Shown: positions 27,825 through 37,251 of the stretch, in pieces
How positions within the stretch are numbered: position 1 is the stretch's first letter
Layout: each line of letters begins with the position of its first letter
IMG/VR virus record: IMGVR_UViG_2897842695_000001
Location: 31,652 to 95,651 of that record
Reading direction: 5' to 3' (one strand)
Source: a virus
Lineage: Duplodnaviria > Caudoviricetes
Length of the DNA: 64,000 bases
The notes under the pieces: model-generated
What the model saw: only the letters and a program-made list of their open reading frames with translations
Databases searched by the model: none
Told to the model about the DNA's origin: nothing
Made by a program: the position numbers and the translations under genes

Positions 27825-29222
27825 TTAAACTGGACGATGAGTAAACTTAAATGATGAGCTTACAACGTCCAAAAACAAGTAAGTGTCGATCGGCACTTCT
27901 TCGAGAAGATTAACACAGTCTACCTCGTATTCATCAATACCAAGTGAAACGGCCATCGCCTCGATTGCTCGCCATACGTCCTTAACGTAGATTGAGCCTT
28001 TGTCTTTCGTGTTCTTGCCAAACAAATATTCCAATTGTGCTTTGACGGCTTCCTCTGCGTCTTTAGGACTAGAGTTAGCGACAACGTAACCAGTCACGTT
28101 AACCGTAAATGGTGCGTCTTTACGCGGCACATATTCGTAAACTTCATTGTATCCGTTTTTACCGGAAAATAGGGTAACAATCTCACCCTCAATCACGTTC
28201 TCGTCTTTGATGTTAGAGAAAGCGGAAATAAAAATACGGTTAATGTTTTTTACGTCCTGCTTACCGATAAGCTTTTCTTGCTCTTGTTCGCCCCAAACTG
28301 ACAGCCAAACGATGCCGGAAATATTGTTTCGAATGAATGCCTGATAGTCACCGTCCCACGCTAGCTGGTGGTCATAGACGGTTGAATACAACGCGCCATT
28401 ACGAATTGATTCAATATCCTCGCCCTCTGCGCCACCTGTTACCGTTGTCTTAGTCACCAGTTCGACGGGGATCGTTGTGCCGGTAAAATCGGTACTATCA
28501 ATAAGCTCTAGTTTCTGGCCGTCGAGTAGTGTTGTATCACCCTCGGTTAGCCAAACTTCCAACTGAATCAAGTCACCAGAGATCGGCGCACGGCCACAAA
28601 TATCATTACCAAATCGAATACCTAGCTGGTCCGTCGATTTGTAATACTCCATGTAGGCTTTGGAGTAGCTGTTTGTATTGCGGAACTTAAACGCATGCTC
28701 CCAAAGCTCACCGTTGACGCGTACTAACACCTTATGGATACGCTTTGTCAGCTCTTTAGGAAAGGCAATAGCTAGCCAGTTCTGACGGTCCGAAACAATG
28801 TGCTCCATTACGGCCACTTCGAACTGTTGGATCTGGTAGTCCTTAGACTCACCGGCCTGTAGGTCCACGCTTTCCATGATCGTATAGCGTAATTGGTTCG
28901 CGGCCACACATTGCGTTAGTGCTGGTAGCGTCACCCGTTTATCGCCCTTATTGGTAATGGTTACGATACCAATGGACGGCGAGATTTTGAGGCCCACATA
29001 ACCTACGCTTTCCGCACCGGCTAAAATGGATGTGCGATTCGTTGCCAGTGATAGAAACGACTCTTGTAAGGCGCGGTCTGCTACGCGTTGAACACGCTCA
29101 ACGGTTTGAGCAATGAATAACGAAATGTAGGCGACGAATTGCGAGCCGATAGAACGACTCCACCACTTTGATTGTTTGAGAAGATTTTCAAAGTCTTTTC
29201 GGATCTGATCGACATAGTTCAC
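27825..29222 (-). CDS. bplA: baseplate protein BplA
   Basis: GSQFV, ESFLSLAT.R.SIL, IRFG, GGAEGEDIESIR (baseplate J-like); synteny. Confidence 0.8.
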   Translation of the reverse strand: MNYVDQIRKDFENLLKQSKWWSRSIGSQFVAYISLFIAQTVERVQRVADRALQESFLSLATNRTSILAGAESVGYVGLKISPSIGIVTITNKGDKRVTLPALTQCVAANQLRYTIMESVDLQAGESKDYQIQQFEVAVMEHIVSDRQNWLAIAFPKELTKRIHKVLVRVNGELWEHAFKFRNTNSYSKAYMEYYKSTDQLGIRFGNDICGRAPISGDLIQLEVWLTEGDTTLLDGQKLELIDSTDFTGTTIPVELVTKTTVTGGAEGEDIESIRNGALYSTVYDHQLAWDGDYQAFIRNNISGIVWLSVWGEQEQEKLIGKQDVKNINRIFISAFSNIKDENVIEGEIVTLFSGKNGYNEVYEYVPRKDAPFTVNVTGYVVANSSPKDAEEAVKAQLEYLFGKNTKDKGSIYVKDVWRAIEAMAVSLGIDEYEVDCVNLLEEVPIDTYLFLDVVSSSFKFTHRPV

Positions 29223-29566
29223 AGCTTAACTTCCTTTTGAATGTAGTTTTGAGCGCCCAAAAGACCGATCACGATGTGGTACATATCGAAGTCTTTAGGC
29301 TCAATGAGGATTTCAGTAATAACCGCGCCTTTAACGTCCACCGGTAGACTCATCACGATCGAGTTCTCCATAGCGGCGGCGGTATCGCTGTTGATTGGTT
29401 CGTGCTTGTAAGGCATTAGGCGATTACCCCAATGCGGAGCGCCCCAAATTTGACCTTGTGGCGTATCTAGCCACTCGGCCACTCGCATAGGGATAGACTC
29501 GGACTCATCCGAGACTTTCACGCCGTTAATATCGACCCCTAAGAGGTAATCAATTTCTTGGCTCAT
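29219..29566 (-). CDS. pmgA: baseplate wedge protein PmgA
   Basis: EWLDTPQGQIWGAPHWGN motif; synteny. Confidence 0.7.
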   Translation of the reverse strand: MSQEIDYLLGVDINGVKVSDESESIPMRVAEWLDTPQGQIWGAPHWGNRLMPYKHEPINSDTAAAMENSIVMSLPVDVKGAVITEILIEPKDFDMYHIVIGLLGAQNYIQKEVKL

Positions 29567-29570
29567 TCAC

Positions 29571-32432
29571 TTACTCCAGATCTGCACTTTGACGTTGCAG
29601 CGAACGGTCATTGAAGTTATTCGGGATGCTGCCGCTAGACTTGGCCGCTGCTGCTGGTGTGCTTTGGCTAGCTGGGCGTGAAGCTCTTTGAATAACGGTT
29701 GTTGTTGAACGGCTATCACTGCCGGATTGCTTGATAGCTTCGATGGACTCTTTATCGAGTTTCACGGTTTGAGGTGTGTCGCTGGCGCGTAGCTCTGCTG
29801 CGGTTTTCTGCGAGGCAATATCACTAACGCGTTCATTGGATGTAACCTTGGTTGCGTTCTTGGCTACGCTGGTGTGCTTCTCGTTTTGTTTGATCTGTTC
29901 GGAGGCGATCTGAGAGGCAAGATCCTTATGGTTCGAGTTAGTTTCTTGCTTAGTGGTTTTTTCGCTGGTGGTAGCAGTAGAACGGGCCAAATCAGCGGAA
30001 TGCGTATCTACAAATCGAGCGTTTGTAACAGTCACTTGCTCTGCGGCTTTGCGGCTGGCGATCTCTTTATCGATAGCAGCGATCTGGTCGGCTTTTTTGT
30101 CTGGCGAGTACACCTGACCTAGTTCTGGATGCTGAATCATGCCTGACGTATCCATACCTAGCTCATTCGCTACACGCTCACGCTCTGCATTGGTTCGCTC
30201 GTTCTTGCGATCCACGCGTGCGTAGGCGCTAGCAAAGCTGGTGTTTTTCTCGCTAGCTAACTTCTCGACCTCATCCATGTTCACGCGATCTGAGTTCTTA
30301 GAATCCAGTTCACGCATGGTTTGAGTGTCGTTAGTCTCTTTGGCCGTGTGGTATGCCTCGGCGTTTTTCTCGTACTTCGAGTCGTTCTGGCTTTCGGTTT
30401 CCTTAGTCGATTTAGTGTCACCACCAAATAGGCCATAGATACCCTTAGCCATATCACCCGAATCAAAGCTCAATGCTTCTTTTGCACCATCAAAACCAAA
30501 TGCACCCAAGGCCGAACCAAGCAGACCCGCACCACCACTTACCAAGCCACCAAGATCAAGAACATTGGCAAGGGCCATCGAGCTTTTTTGTCCAGTCGTC
30601 GCCTCTTGGCCGTCTTTGAGGTTGAATACCTCTTTCTGCTTTTCGGTATCCGTAAAGCCACTGATTGCGTCATAGGCCATTAGTGCCGGTGCAAGGAATG
30701 GAACTGCTTTACCAGCAATTGAGCCAACCTTTGATAGCCCACGGAATGCGCCACCAGCCATTGATAAGCCTTTTGAGCCAACACCTTTGATGGCATCACC
30801 CGCACCAGACAAAACCGACTTAAAGCGACCACGGCCAGCTTTACGCATGCGGCCACCTCTGCGGCCCTTACGTCCTTTGCGGTCGAACAAGTCACCAGCA
30901 AGATCCATTAAGCCGCCACCCGCACCCTCTGGCGCGTTCGCCTTGGTTGCGGTTAAGAGTTCATCGAGCTTGTCTAGTAGTGCATCGTTGTTCTTGTCTT
31001 GAGCAACGCTGTTTTCTTTTAGGACTTCGAGCGTATTAGCTTGGTAGCTCTGCTGCTTAGTCTTGGAAATTAACCCGCTGCCGTGAGTATTGCTTGATGT
31101 AGAAACATGATTAGCGGTTTGACGAACGGTGTTATTAACGCGCTCAACACGATCGCGAGATACAGTGCTATTAGCGGTAGTGAAAAGGCTAGAAACGCTA
31201 GCTCTTTGCGATTGTTTTTCACGGTTAGTTTCCTTAGCTACTGGAGCATTATTGCCACCAGCGATACCAGCGCGATCGTCGCGACGATTAGAACCGTTGC
31301 GCTCACTAGCTGTTGGTAAAGTTCGGTCCTCAACTTCCGCTGCTGAATCCTTTGTCGCTGAAATTGATTCATGCGTTACCCCTTGAGTTGCCGTTACAGA
31401 TTGTTGGTCCTGCGAATCATTGGCCGGTTCGCCGGTATCAGTTTCGCTAGGCTTAAAGCCAAATAGCTTGCCTAGCTTTGAACCCTTGAATGATTCAAAG
31501 CGCTCTTTGCTTTGCTCAAAGTTGGCGGCTGTTTCCTCGGTTAAGTGATACAGCTCTTTTGCTGAATAGAAGAATGAGCCACCAGCTGCCGCCCCTGCTG
31601 CATCGGTCGCGTCGTTCTCGTCTTTCAGTGCTGCCGTGGCCTTATCAACCACCAGCTGTTTTAAGCTAGAACCAAGCTTTGCAAACACACTGGTTTGCTC
31701 GCTGGTTTCGTCAGCAAGGCGCTCGGTTTCACGTTCCTTGTTGGTTTGCTCTGCGGTTTTGTATGCGGCCTGTTCTTTCTTGCTGGCGTAACGGCCATCA
31801 CTTCTGCGTAGCTTTCCGTTCGCATCTTTCCAGTAGCCATCAAAATCGCTTAAACCGTCTCTAACGGCCTTTTCGACTTTATCCGGCATATCATCAAGTG
31901 ATGAGGTATCAACGGCCTCTGCGGTCGTTTCTGATTGCTCAACGTTGACGATTACTGGCTGGCTTTTCTGTTTCTGAGTCTGGCGAACAACCCCCTTGTT
32001 TTTTGGTTTTGGTTCGCTCGCTAGTGGCTCTTGCTCTTGTTCCAGCTTGTCAGCAATAGACGTGATACCGGCTTGAATTGGCTTTTGCTCGGTAGCGGTA
32101 GACTCTGCCGCTGGCTGCTCCCCTTTTTCTTTAGGTGCGCCAAATGACAGCTCAATTTCGCCGCTTCGATTAGTCTTGCTAGCGGTAGCGCTGCGTTTCT
32201 TTGGCGCTGGCTTGCTAACTGTTAACTGAGCATTCTCGATGCCACTTGTAACCGCCTTTTCAATTGGCTTGGTATCCACTGCCACAACAACCGGTTTTGG
32301 CTTTGCTCGGCCCTGCTGGTTTCCGTCCAATTTCTTGCTGATTTCGGCTAATTTTCTTAGCTCTTTGTCGCTGGCTGTTCGGACAGTTTCGACCACAAGA
32401 GAGAGATCAACTACTTCTTGTTTAGTGTCCAT
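29571..32432 (-). CDS. sit: tape measure protein (Sit-like)
   Basis: Long helical low-complexity protein with Gly/Ala-rich hydrophobic block, between pmgB and pmgA. Confidence 0.75.
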   Translation of the reverse strand: MDTKQEVVDLSLVVETVRTASDKELRKLAEISKKLDGNQQGRAKPKPVVVAVDTKPIEKAVTSGIENAQLTVSKPAPKKRSATASKTNRSGEIELSFGAPKEKGEQPAAESTATEQKPIQAGITSIADKLEQEQEPLASEPKPKNKGVVRQTQKQKSQPVIVNVEQSETTAEAVDTSSLDDMPDKVEKAVRDGLSDFDGYWKDANGKLRRSDGRYASKKEQAAYKTAEQTNKERETERLADETSEQTSVFAKLGSSLKQLVVDKATAALKDENDATDAAGAAAGGSFFYSAKELYHLTEETAANFEQSKERFESFKGSKLGKLFGFKPSETDTGEPANDSQDQQSVTATQGVTHESISATKDSAAEVEDRTLPTASERNGSNRRDDRAGIAGGNNAPVAKETNREKQSQRASVSSLFTTANSTVSRDRVERVNNTVRQTANHVSTSSNTHGSGLISKTKQQSYQANTLEVLKENSVAQDKNNDALLDKLDELLTATKANAPEGAGGGLMDLAGDLFDRKGRKGRRGGRMRKAGRGRFKSVLSGAGDAIKGVGSKGLSMAGGAFRGLSKVGSIAGKAVPFLAPALMAYDAISGFTDTEKQKEVFNLKDGQEATTGQKSSMALANVLDLGGLVSGGAGLLGSALGAFGFDGAKEALSFDSGDMAKGIYGLFGGDTKSTKETESQNDSKYEKNAEAYHTAKETNDTQTMRELDSKNSDRVNMDEVEKLASEKNTSFASAYARVDRKNERTNAERERVANELGMDTSGMIQHPELGQVYSPDKKADQIAAIDKEIASRKAAEQVTVTNARFVDTHSADLARSTATTSEKTTKQETNSNHKDLASQIASEQIKQNEKHTSVAKNATKVTSNERVSDIASQKTAAELRASDTPQTVKLDKESIEAIKQSGSDSRSTTTVIQRASRPASQSTPAAAAKSSGSIPNNFNDRSLQRQSADLE

Positions 32433-32592
32433 TCTTCACCTTGTCTTGTAGTGCTTTATCAAGACGGATCGCCAAGTCTTGAGGCGTTGCGAATAACGCA
32501 TCGACTGGCTGGCCGCCGTATATGGTTAGGTTTTCAATCAGAACGTTCCAACCGACGACATCAAAACGTTGTAATGAAGTCGAGATTCCGAA
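32422..32592 (-). CDS. frameshift extension of the tail assembly chaperone (GT-type), 56 aa
   Basis: Open +1 frame FGISTSLQRFDVVGWNVLIENLTIYGGQPVD...KNGH starting at CCC-TTT-CGG and ending over the sit start. Confidence 0.6.
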   Translation of the reverse strand, partial: FGISTSLQRFDVVGWNVLIENLTIYGGQPVDALFATPQDLAIRLDKALQDKVKNGH

Positions 32593-33373
32593 AGGGCAAT
32601 AGCAGCGTTCTAGCTGCTGGACCTCCTTTCTTCACGTATTCATCACACTCTGGAATAGTGGTCACTAGGTAGTAGCGGCCCTCATGGTACTTGGTAAGTA
32701 GGCCGTGTCTTGCTTCGCGCAATGCCTGTTCCACCAGCGCGGATACTTTCACAAACTCGGTACGTAGGTGCATCGACTTGATAAGCTCAAGTTTCCAATC
32801 TAGTGCCTCGTTGGTGTCCTCTGGCTGGCCGTTGAAAGTAAGGCAATGCGCTAGCTCGTTTAGGGCCATTTCGTTTGCGGCTTTCTTCCAATCGCCTGAT
32901 TCCGGTTCGAACTGGTCACGGGTATTGCGTAAGCCCTCGATGTGCTCGGCTGCGTAGCCGTTCATTGGCTGCACGGTGGCCTTATGTGGCTGGCCTTTAA
33001 CCGTAAACTCGATCTCTGTCTTTGGTAGTGATGGCACGGCCTTAGCGGTTTCCATTAACTCGGCCATGTGTAAGTCCAAGTAATGAGTTTTTCCGCAATG
33101 GGAACAGTCATAGCTAAAAGGGATCGTGCCTAGTTCGCTAGTAGACATAAAGATCCACCATAGCGCCGTTCGGCGGTCCTCTCCGGTCCATGCGCCACTA
33201 TCGCTAAAGTCGCCTTTTGCCCCGTCTTGCAAGTGGTTTAGGAATTGCGTTGTGCTCGCTTCTTCGTTGGATTCGTCAAGCTCGCAAAACATCATGCCAT
33301 CCTCGACGGTAGGCACTCGGAAGTTGACGGTTTTCGTCATGTTGCTTGGTAATGGGAAAGCTGGGATTTGCAT
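32561..33373 (-). CDS. pmgB: tail assembly chaperone PmgB
   Basis: FPLPS, WTGEDRRTALWWIF, CSHCG; between tub and sit. Confidence 0.75.
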   Translation of the reverse strand: MQIPAFPLPSNMTKTVNFRVPTVEDGMMFCELDESNEEASTTQFLNHLQDGAKGDFSDSGAWTGEDRRTALWWIFMSTSELGTIPFSYDCSHCGKTHYLDLHMAELMETAKAVPSLPKTEIEFTVKGQPHKATVQPMNGYAAEHIEGLRNTRDQFEPESGDWKKAANEMALNELAHCLTFNGQPEDTNEALDWKLELIKSMHLRTEFVKVSALVEQALREARHGLLTKYHEGRYYLVTTIPECDEYVKKGGPAARTLLLPFRNLDFITTF

Positions 33374-33888
33374 TACAACACCTTGTTACCCACGCTCATA
33401 AACTTCTGGAAGATGAGCGGGAAAGATTGAATAGAGTTGCCGTTCTCGCGAGAAAACGTCACGTTGCCTTTCTTGGTGGGAAATACTTGGTACGTGTTTC
33501 GTAGCTTGCGATTGCCATCATCATCAAGATCGAACACCTTGATTTTGAACACGTACTCAACTGGAATATTTAGCGTGCCGTCTTTGTTTTTGACCTTAGC
33601 TAGTCGGCCCTCGAACCACTTGCGGATAGTGCCGCTCTGATCGTCGCGCACCGTCATAGTGATCTCGCCAGCGGTGGAGCGAGTCGGGATCGCGATCTCA
33701 CCCGATCCCACTTGGAACGTGTCAGCATCAATTGACCCCTCGCCGTAATCCAAGTCTTTCACGTAAATATCGAAGTCCGTTGGAGCATCATTGGATTCAA
33801 TCTCGATGGCCCACTGCCAGCCCTGTTGCCAAGGCTTATTCATAAAGTCTCTAGTCGCCTTTTTAGCGAGCTGCATATATGGGTTCAT
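33373..33888 (-). CDS. tub: tail tube protein Tub
   Basis: QQGWQWAIEI, YVKDLDY, DGTLNIP; synteny. Confidence 0.75.
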   Translation of the reverse strand: MNPYMQLAKKATRDFMNKPWQQGWQWAIEIESNDAPTDFDIYVKDLDYGEGSIDADTFQVGSGEIAIPTRSTAGEITMTVRDDQSGTIRKWFEGRLAKVKNKDGTLNIPVEYVFKIKVFDLDDDGNRKLRNTYQVFPTKKGNVTFSRENGNSIQSFPLIFQKFMSVGNKVL

Positions 33889-34455
33889 TTAGCCCCCTAG
33901 CAAGCTGATAGGCGGCACGATAGCTCGGTTGGCACGCATAGACGTTTCAAGCTCTGTCTTGCGCATAGCTAGGTCTGGTTCGGCTGGAATATCGGTTGTA
34001 TCGAGCTTGCCAGCGGTCGCGATTCGACGTTGACGCTCGGCGTTTGGAATGCTGATAAGTAGCTCTAGGTAATCACCAAGCAAGCTAATGCTGGTGGCTG
34101 GTAGCTGGAACGTATCGAGATCGGCATTCATCACGTCTTGTAGATACAGGATCGTGATTGGGAATACCTCAGTACCTTTTAATGTCAGCTCAAGCTTGCC
34201 TAGCCAATGCTCGGATTTAACGTACCGGCCAGATTTATCTTTGACGACAAGGCGAGCCGCAAACAAAGGCGGCAAATCACAAGCGCCGTACTCGTCTAAG
34301 TCAGACTCGTTAACTCGATGCTTTTCATTGAATCCAGCCAGTTCTTGATACTTGGCGAGCGCCTTTCTCAATAGGCTTAGTAGTGCTTTCTCATCATCGT
34401 GAAGCAAGATAGGGAATCGTGCTTTCACTTCTTCGAGAAGTTGATTGGGTGTCAT
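33889..34455 (-). CDS. pmgC: head-tail adaptor PmgC
   Basis: MTPNQLLEEVKARF...YQELAG; IPNAERQRR. Confidence 0.75.
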   Translation of the reverse strand: MTPNQLLEEVKARFPILLHDDEKALLSLLRKALAKYQELAGFNEKHRVNESDLDEYGACDLPPLFAARLVVKDKSGRYVKSEHWLGKLELTLKGTEVFPITILYLQDVMNADLDTFQLPATSISLLGDYLELLISIPNAERQRRIATAGKLDTTDIPAEPDLAMRKTELETSMRANRAIVPPISLLGG

Positions 34456-34560
34456 GGCCGCTCCAAGTTGAGCGGCATTTTCAAAGACGGGGAATAGGTC
34501 AGCTAAATCTTAACTCAAGAATCCCAAGGGCGCGATAGGCTCGAACACATCAAAAATGGC

Positions 34561-34619
34561 TGCACAATCAAGTTGTGCAAAAAGTGCTTGCGTGCACAAT
34601 CTCGTTGTGCAATTATAAT
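34561..34619 (+). promoter_or_regulatory. higBA promoter with two palindromic operators
   Basis: TGCACAA-N5-TTGTGCA at 34561-34579 and 34593-34611; TATAAT at 34614-34619. Confidence 0.75.
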
Positions 34620-34643
34620 ATCAAATGAATCGGAGTTTTAACG

Positions 34644-34928
34644 ATGGAGTTTCGAGACTCATACCTAGAGGATTTCTATGAAAATGACGTTGCGCATAGA
34701 AAAATCCCAAGCAATTTAGAAAACGTCCTGTTTAGAAAGCTTCAAATGCTTGATGCAGCAACCGACTATAGAGACTTGCTGATACCACCAAACAATCAAT
34801 TTGAGCATCTAAATGGTAAGTTGGCCGGATACAGTTGTATAAGAGTGAACAGACAGTATCGGTTAATCTTTAAATTTGTAGATGGAGAAGTCGTTGATAC
34901 GTACTTAGACCCTCACTCTTACCGTTAG
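34644..34928 (+). CDS. higB: HigB (RelE/ParE-family) toxin
   Basis: RKLQMLDAA...PPNNQFEHLNG...IRVNRQYRLIF...DPHSY; toxin-first order. Confidence 0.92.
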   Translation: MEFRDSYLEDFYENDVAHRKIPSNLENVLFRKLQMLDAATDYRDLLIPPNNQFEHLNGKLAGYSCIRVNRQYRLIFKFVDGEVVDTYLDPHSYR

Positions 34929-35000
34929 TAGTCACTGTCGCCAGTTCTTGAAACTGGCGATAGTTTTGAATCAATCAACAGGATACTTAGGATTCAAATA

Positions 35001-35336
35001 ATGAGAAACACAAAACGCAAACCGGTAACAGTCGGTGAAATGCTAAAACTTGAGTTTCTAGAGCCATTAGCAATCAGTAATAGCGATTTAGCGAGCGCTA
35101 TTGGTGTACATAGAAACACTATTAGCAACCTGATTAACGGCAAAACTGCTTTAACATCTGATCTAGCAAACAAGCTAGCTGCGGCGCTTGGTAATACGCC
35201 TGAATTTTGGCTTAATATTCAGCACGCGGTTGATGTATGGGACAGTAAAAACACGTTCGAAGTAGCGAAAAAAGCAATCACACCACTTGTAAAGATTGAA
35301 AGCTCGATGTTAGCTGGTGGCTATGCCCTAGCTTGA
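35001..35336 (+). CDS. higA: HigA antitoxin (HTH)
   Basis: GEMLKLEFLEPL...LASAIGVHRNTIS...PEFWLNIQ. Confidence 0.92.
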   Translation: MRNTKRKPVTVGEMLKLEFLEPLAISNSDLASAIGVHRNTISNLINGKTALTSDLANKLAAALGNTPEFWLNIQHAVDVWDSKNTFEVAKKAITPLVKIESSMLAGGYALA

Positions 35337-35355
35337 TTGTGAGCAATACCCCGAT

Positions 35356-35383
35356 AAAAAAAGCCGCTGATTAGCGGCTTTTT
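35356..35383. terminator. bidirectional terminator
   Basis: AAAAAAAGCCGCT-gatt-AGCGGCTTTTT between convergent genes. Confidence 0.85.
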
Positions 35384-35403
35384 GCTTACTAGGACTTTGG
35401 TAC

Positions 35404-35904
35404 TTAGAAGTCACACCAGTTGTATTGAAGCGTGATAGATGGCTTAACTAGCGCTGCTGTATCTTCAGTTGAAAGGTCGATCGCATCTGAACGCACCTTA
35501 ACGTGCTCAAGCTTGAATGAGTGAGATTCAGCGCCCGTACCGCTTGTAGATTCTGGCGTAGACTCAATGCTCACTGTCACCATTTCTTTATTGCGCACGA
35601 TCTTGCGTAGCGCTTTAAGAACTGGACCAGTGATCGTCTCTACCACTACTACCGCGATCTCGCCTTTGTTTTCTAATGGGCCGTTTTGGATGATACCCAT
35701 ACCCATTTGACCGAAATCTTCCACGTCAGCGCGACCCATTGCTGGGAATTGCGTTGAACGAACAAGAACAGTTAAATCAGGGTACTCAAGAATTTTCATC
35801 TCGAACTCAGTACCCATCATCTTTTCACCAGCGTTTAAGTTCTTAGTGAACTTTTGCTTTAGAAAGTTAATATCGCCTTTAGCGTTAAATGGACCTGCTG
35901 CCAT
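35404..35904 (-). CDS. bplB: BplB (tube-like) protein
   Basis: Probable start MAAGPFNAKG; RADVEDFG, QNGPLENKGEI, ends YNW; synteny. Confidence 0.7.
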   Translation of the reverse strand: MAAGPFNAKGDINFLKQKFTKNLNAGEKMMGTEFEMKILEYPDLTVLVRSTQFPAMGRADVEDFGQMGMGIIQNGPLENKGEIAVVVVETITGPVLKALRKIVRNKEMVTVSIESTPESTSGTGAESHSFKLEHVKVRSDAIDLSTEDTAALVKPSITLQYNWCDF

Positions 35905-35920
35905 AATAAATACTCTTACT

Positions 35921-36541
35921 CTATTGTAGATAGTTCGGAATGACTGACTGGTTGACCATCTGTTTAGGTGATGCAGTGATCGATACTGTGTTGTAAGCAA
36001 AGTTACCGTTCTTGGTCTTTGGCGCGTTCACATCGTAGTTAACCTCGCTTATACGCATAGGCATTACCACTTTGCGGCCAATGTTAAATGTCGCTTCCGC
36101 TGGAATCCGGCCACCTAGCTGAACGCTGCCATTGTTCACACTGATCGGTGCTTCATTTTGAAGCTCTGGAGAGGCGAACTGGCAAAGGTACTTAATCGGA
36201 TCATCGACTTCGGATTTAGCATTGGTATAGGCAACAAACCGTAAAGTGATCGTCACTTCTGGCGGCTCGTTGCCCTGCCAAACTTGCTCACTGTTAAACA
36301 GCGTCTTACTGGTGCGCTCACCTATTGTTTGAGTGATTGAGGCTGTCTTATCGAGTACGCCAGCGTTACCCACTGTGTCGCCCTCAAATGGAGACTCCCA
36401 AAGCGCTCTGAACGATAGTTGACACTCATCCGTCATGTAGCCAATGACCGTAACCTCTACCCCGCCAACGTGGCCGGTGATGTAACACTTGTTGTAGTTA
36501 CTGATGCCATCGTCAGACGGCACACCAACAATTACAGCCAT
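35921..36541 (-). CDS. pmgG: PmgG tube initiator-like protein
   Basis: WESPF, QVWQGNEPP, ASPEL, GGRIP; synteny. Confidence 0.7.
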   Translation of the reverse strand: MAVIVGVPSDDGISNYNKCYITGHVGGVEVTVIGYMTDECQLSFRALWESPFEGDTVGNAGVLDKTASITQTIGERTSKTLFNSEQVWQGNEPPEVTITLRFVAYTNAKSEVDDPIKYLCQFASPELQNEAPISVNNGSVQLGGRIPAEATFNIGRKVVMPMRISEVNYDVNAPKTKNGNFAYNTVSITASPKQMVNQSVIPNYLQ

Positions 36542-36550
36542 TGCCTACCC

Positions 36551-37231
36551 TTACTTGCGCATGCCGTTTGCGTCAGCAATACGGTTGGACTTTTTACGTG
36601 ATGCGCGTGCTGCTGCTGAATGAGCTTTAGAGCGTGCCTTTTTAAGAGCTGCTTTCTGTGCTGCACTCATGCGGCGTTTGCGTTTACGTGTGTTGATGTA
36701 AACCTTTTTACCGTCACGAATAACGGCTTTCTTGGCTTCCATAATCATTGATTCACGGACCGCAAACTCTGCGATAGCTTCGTCGGAATCGACGTTTTCT
36801 AGGCCGTTTTCAAGCGATTCAAAAATGCGATCTGCCACTTCTGAATCACCCTCTTGTAGCTCAAGAAGATCCGATTCTTGCGCGTCAGAAATTGACGCAA
36901 TGAACTCACCAGCATGCGCTTGTAGAGATTCGTACATAGCCGCTTGGCCGTCAGTTAGCTCAAGTTCGCCGTCAGCATCGCCACCAGCCAAACCGAATAG
37001 CATTGCATCAAGTGAATCTAGGCTTGATTCGCCACCGTGCGCCCACTGAACACAAGCCGCTGCCGCACTCATGCGCTCGCCTACTACAGCTGCCTTTTGG
37101 ATAGCTTCAAGCATCATCTGGTCGTCTACTGACTCAAAAAATGCTGTCTCTGTTAGGTCCGGCTCTTGCACCGCCTCTTTCATTTGGAAAGGACGGGCAA
37201 GAACAGAACCAGCTTTAAACATCGTTGTCAT
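36551..37231 (-). CDS. P1 gp21-like protein (acidic body, basic tail; probable prohead core)
   Basis: Several xxES/EA motifs; C-terminal RKRKRRMSAAQKAALKKAR. Confidence 0.7.
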   Translation of the reverse strand: MTTMFKAGSVLARPFQMKEAVQEPDLTETAFFESVDDQMMLEAIQKAAVVGERMSAAAACVQWAHGGESSLDSLDAMLFGLAGGDADGELELTDGQAAMYESLQAHAGEFIASISDAQESDLLELQEGDSEVADRIFESLENGLENVDSDEAIAEFAVRESMIMEAKKAVIRDGKKVYINTRKRKRRMSAAQKAALKKARSKAHSAAARASRKKSNRIADANGMRK

Positions 37232-37251
37232 TCTGTTCTTACCTTTGTTGA

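Noticed and set aside
32585-32593. TTCGGAAT on the minus strand as another operator box
   Set aside because: It lies in coding sequence and is explained by the frameshift-site codons.
35905-36000. N-terminal extension of bplB in the ORF track
   Set aside because: It overlaps pmgG; the ATG at 35904 gives a size matching the expected orthologue.
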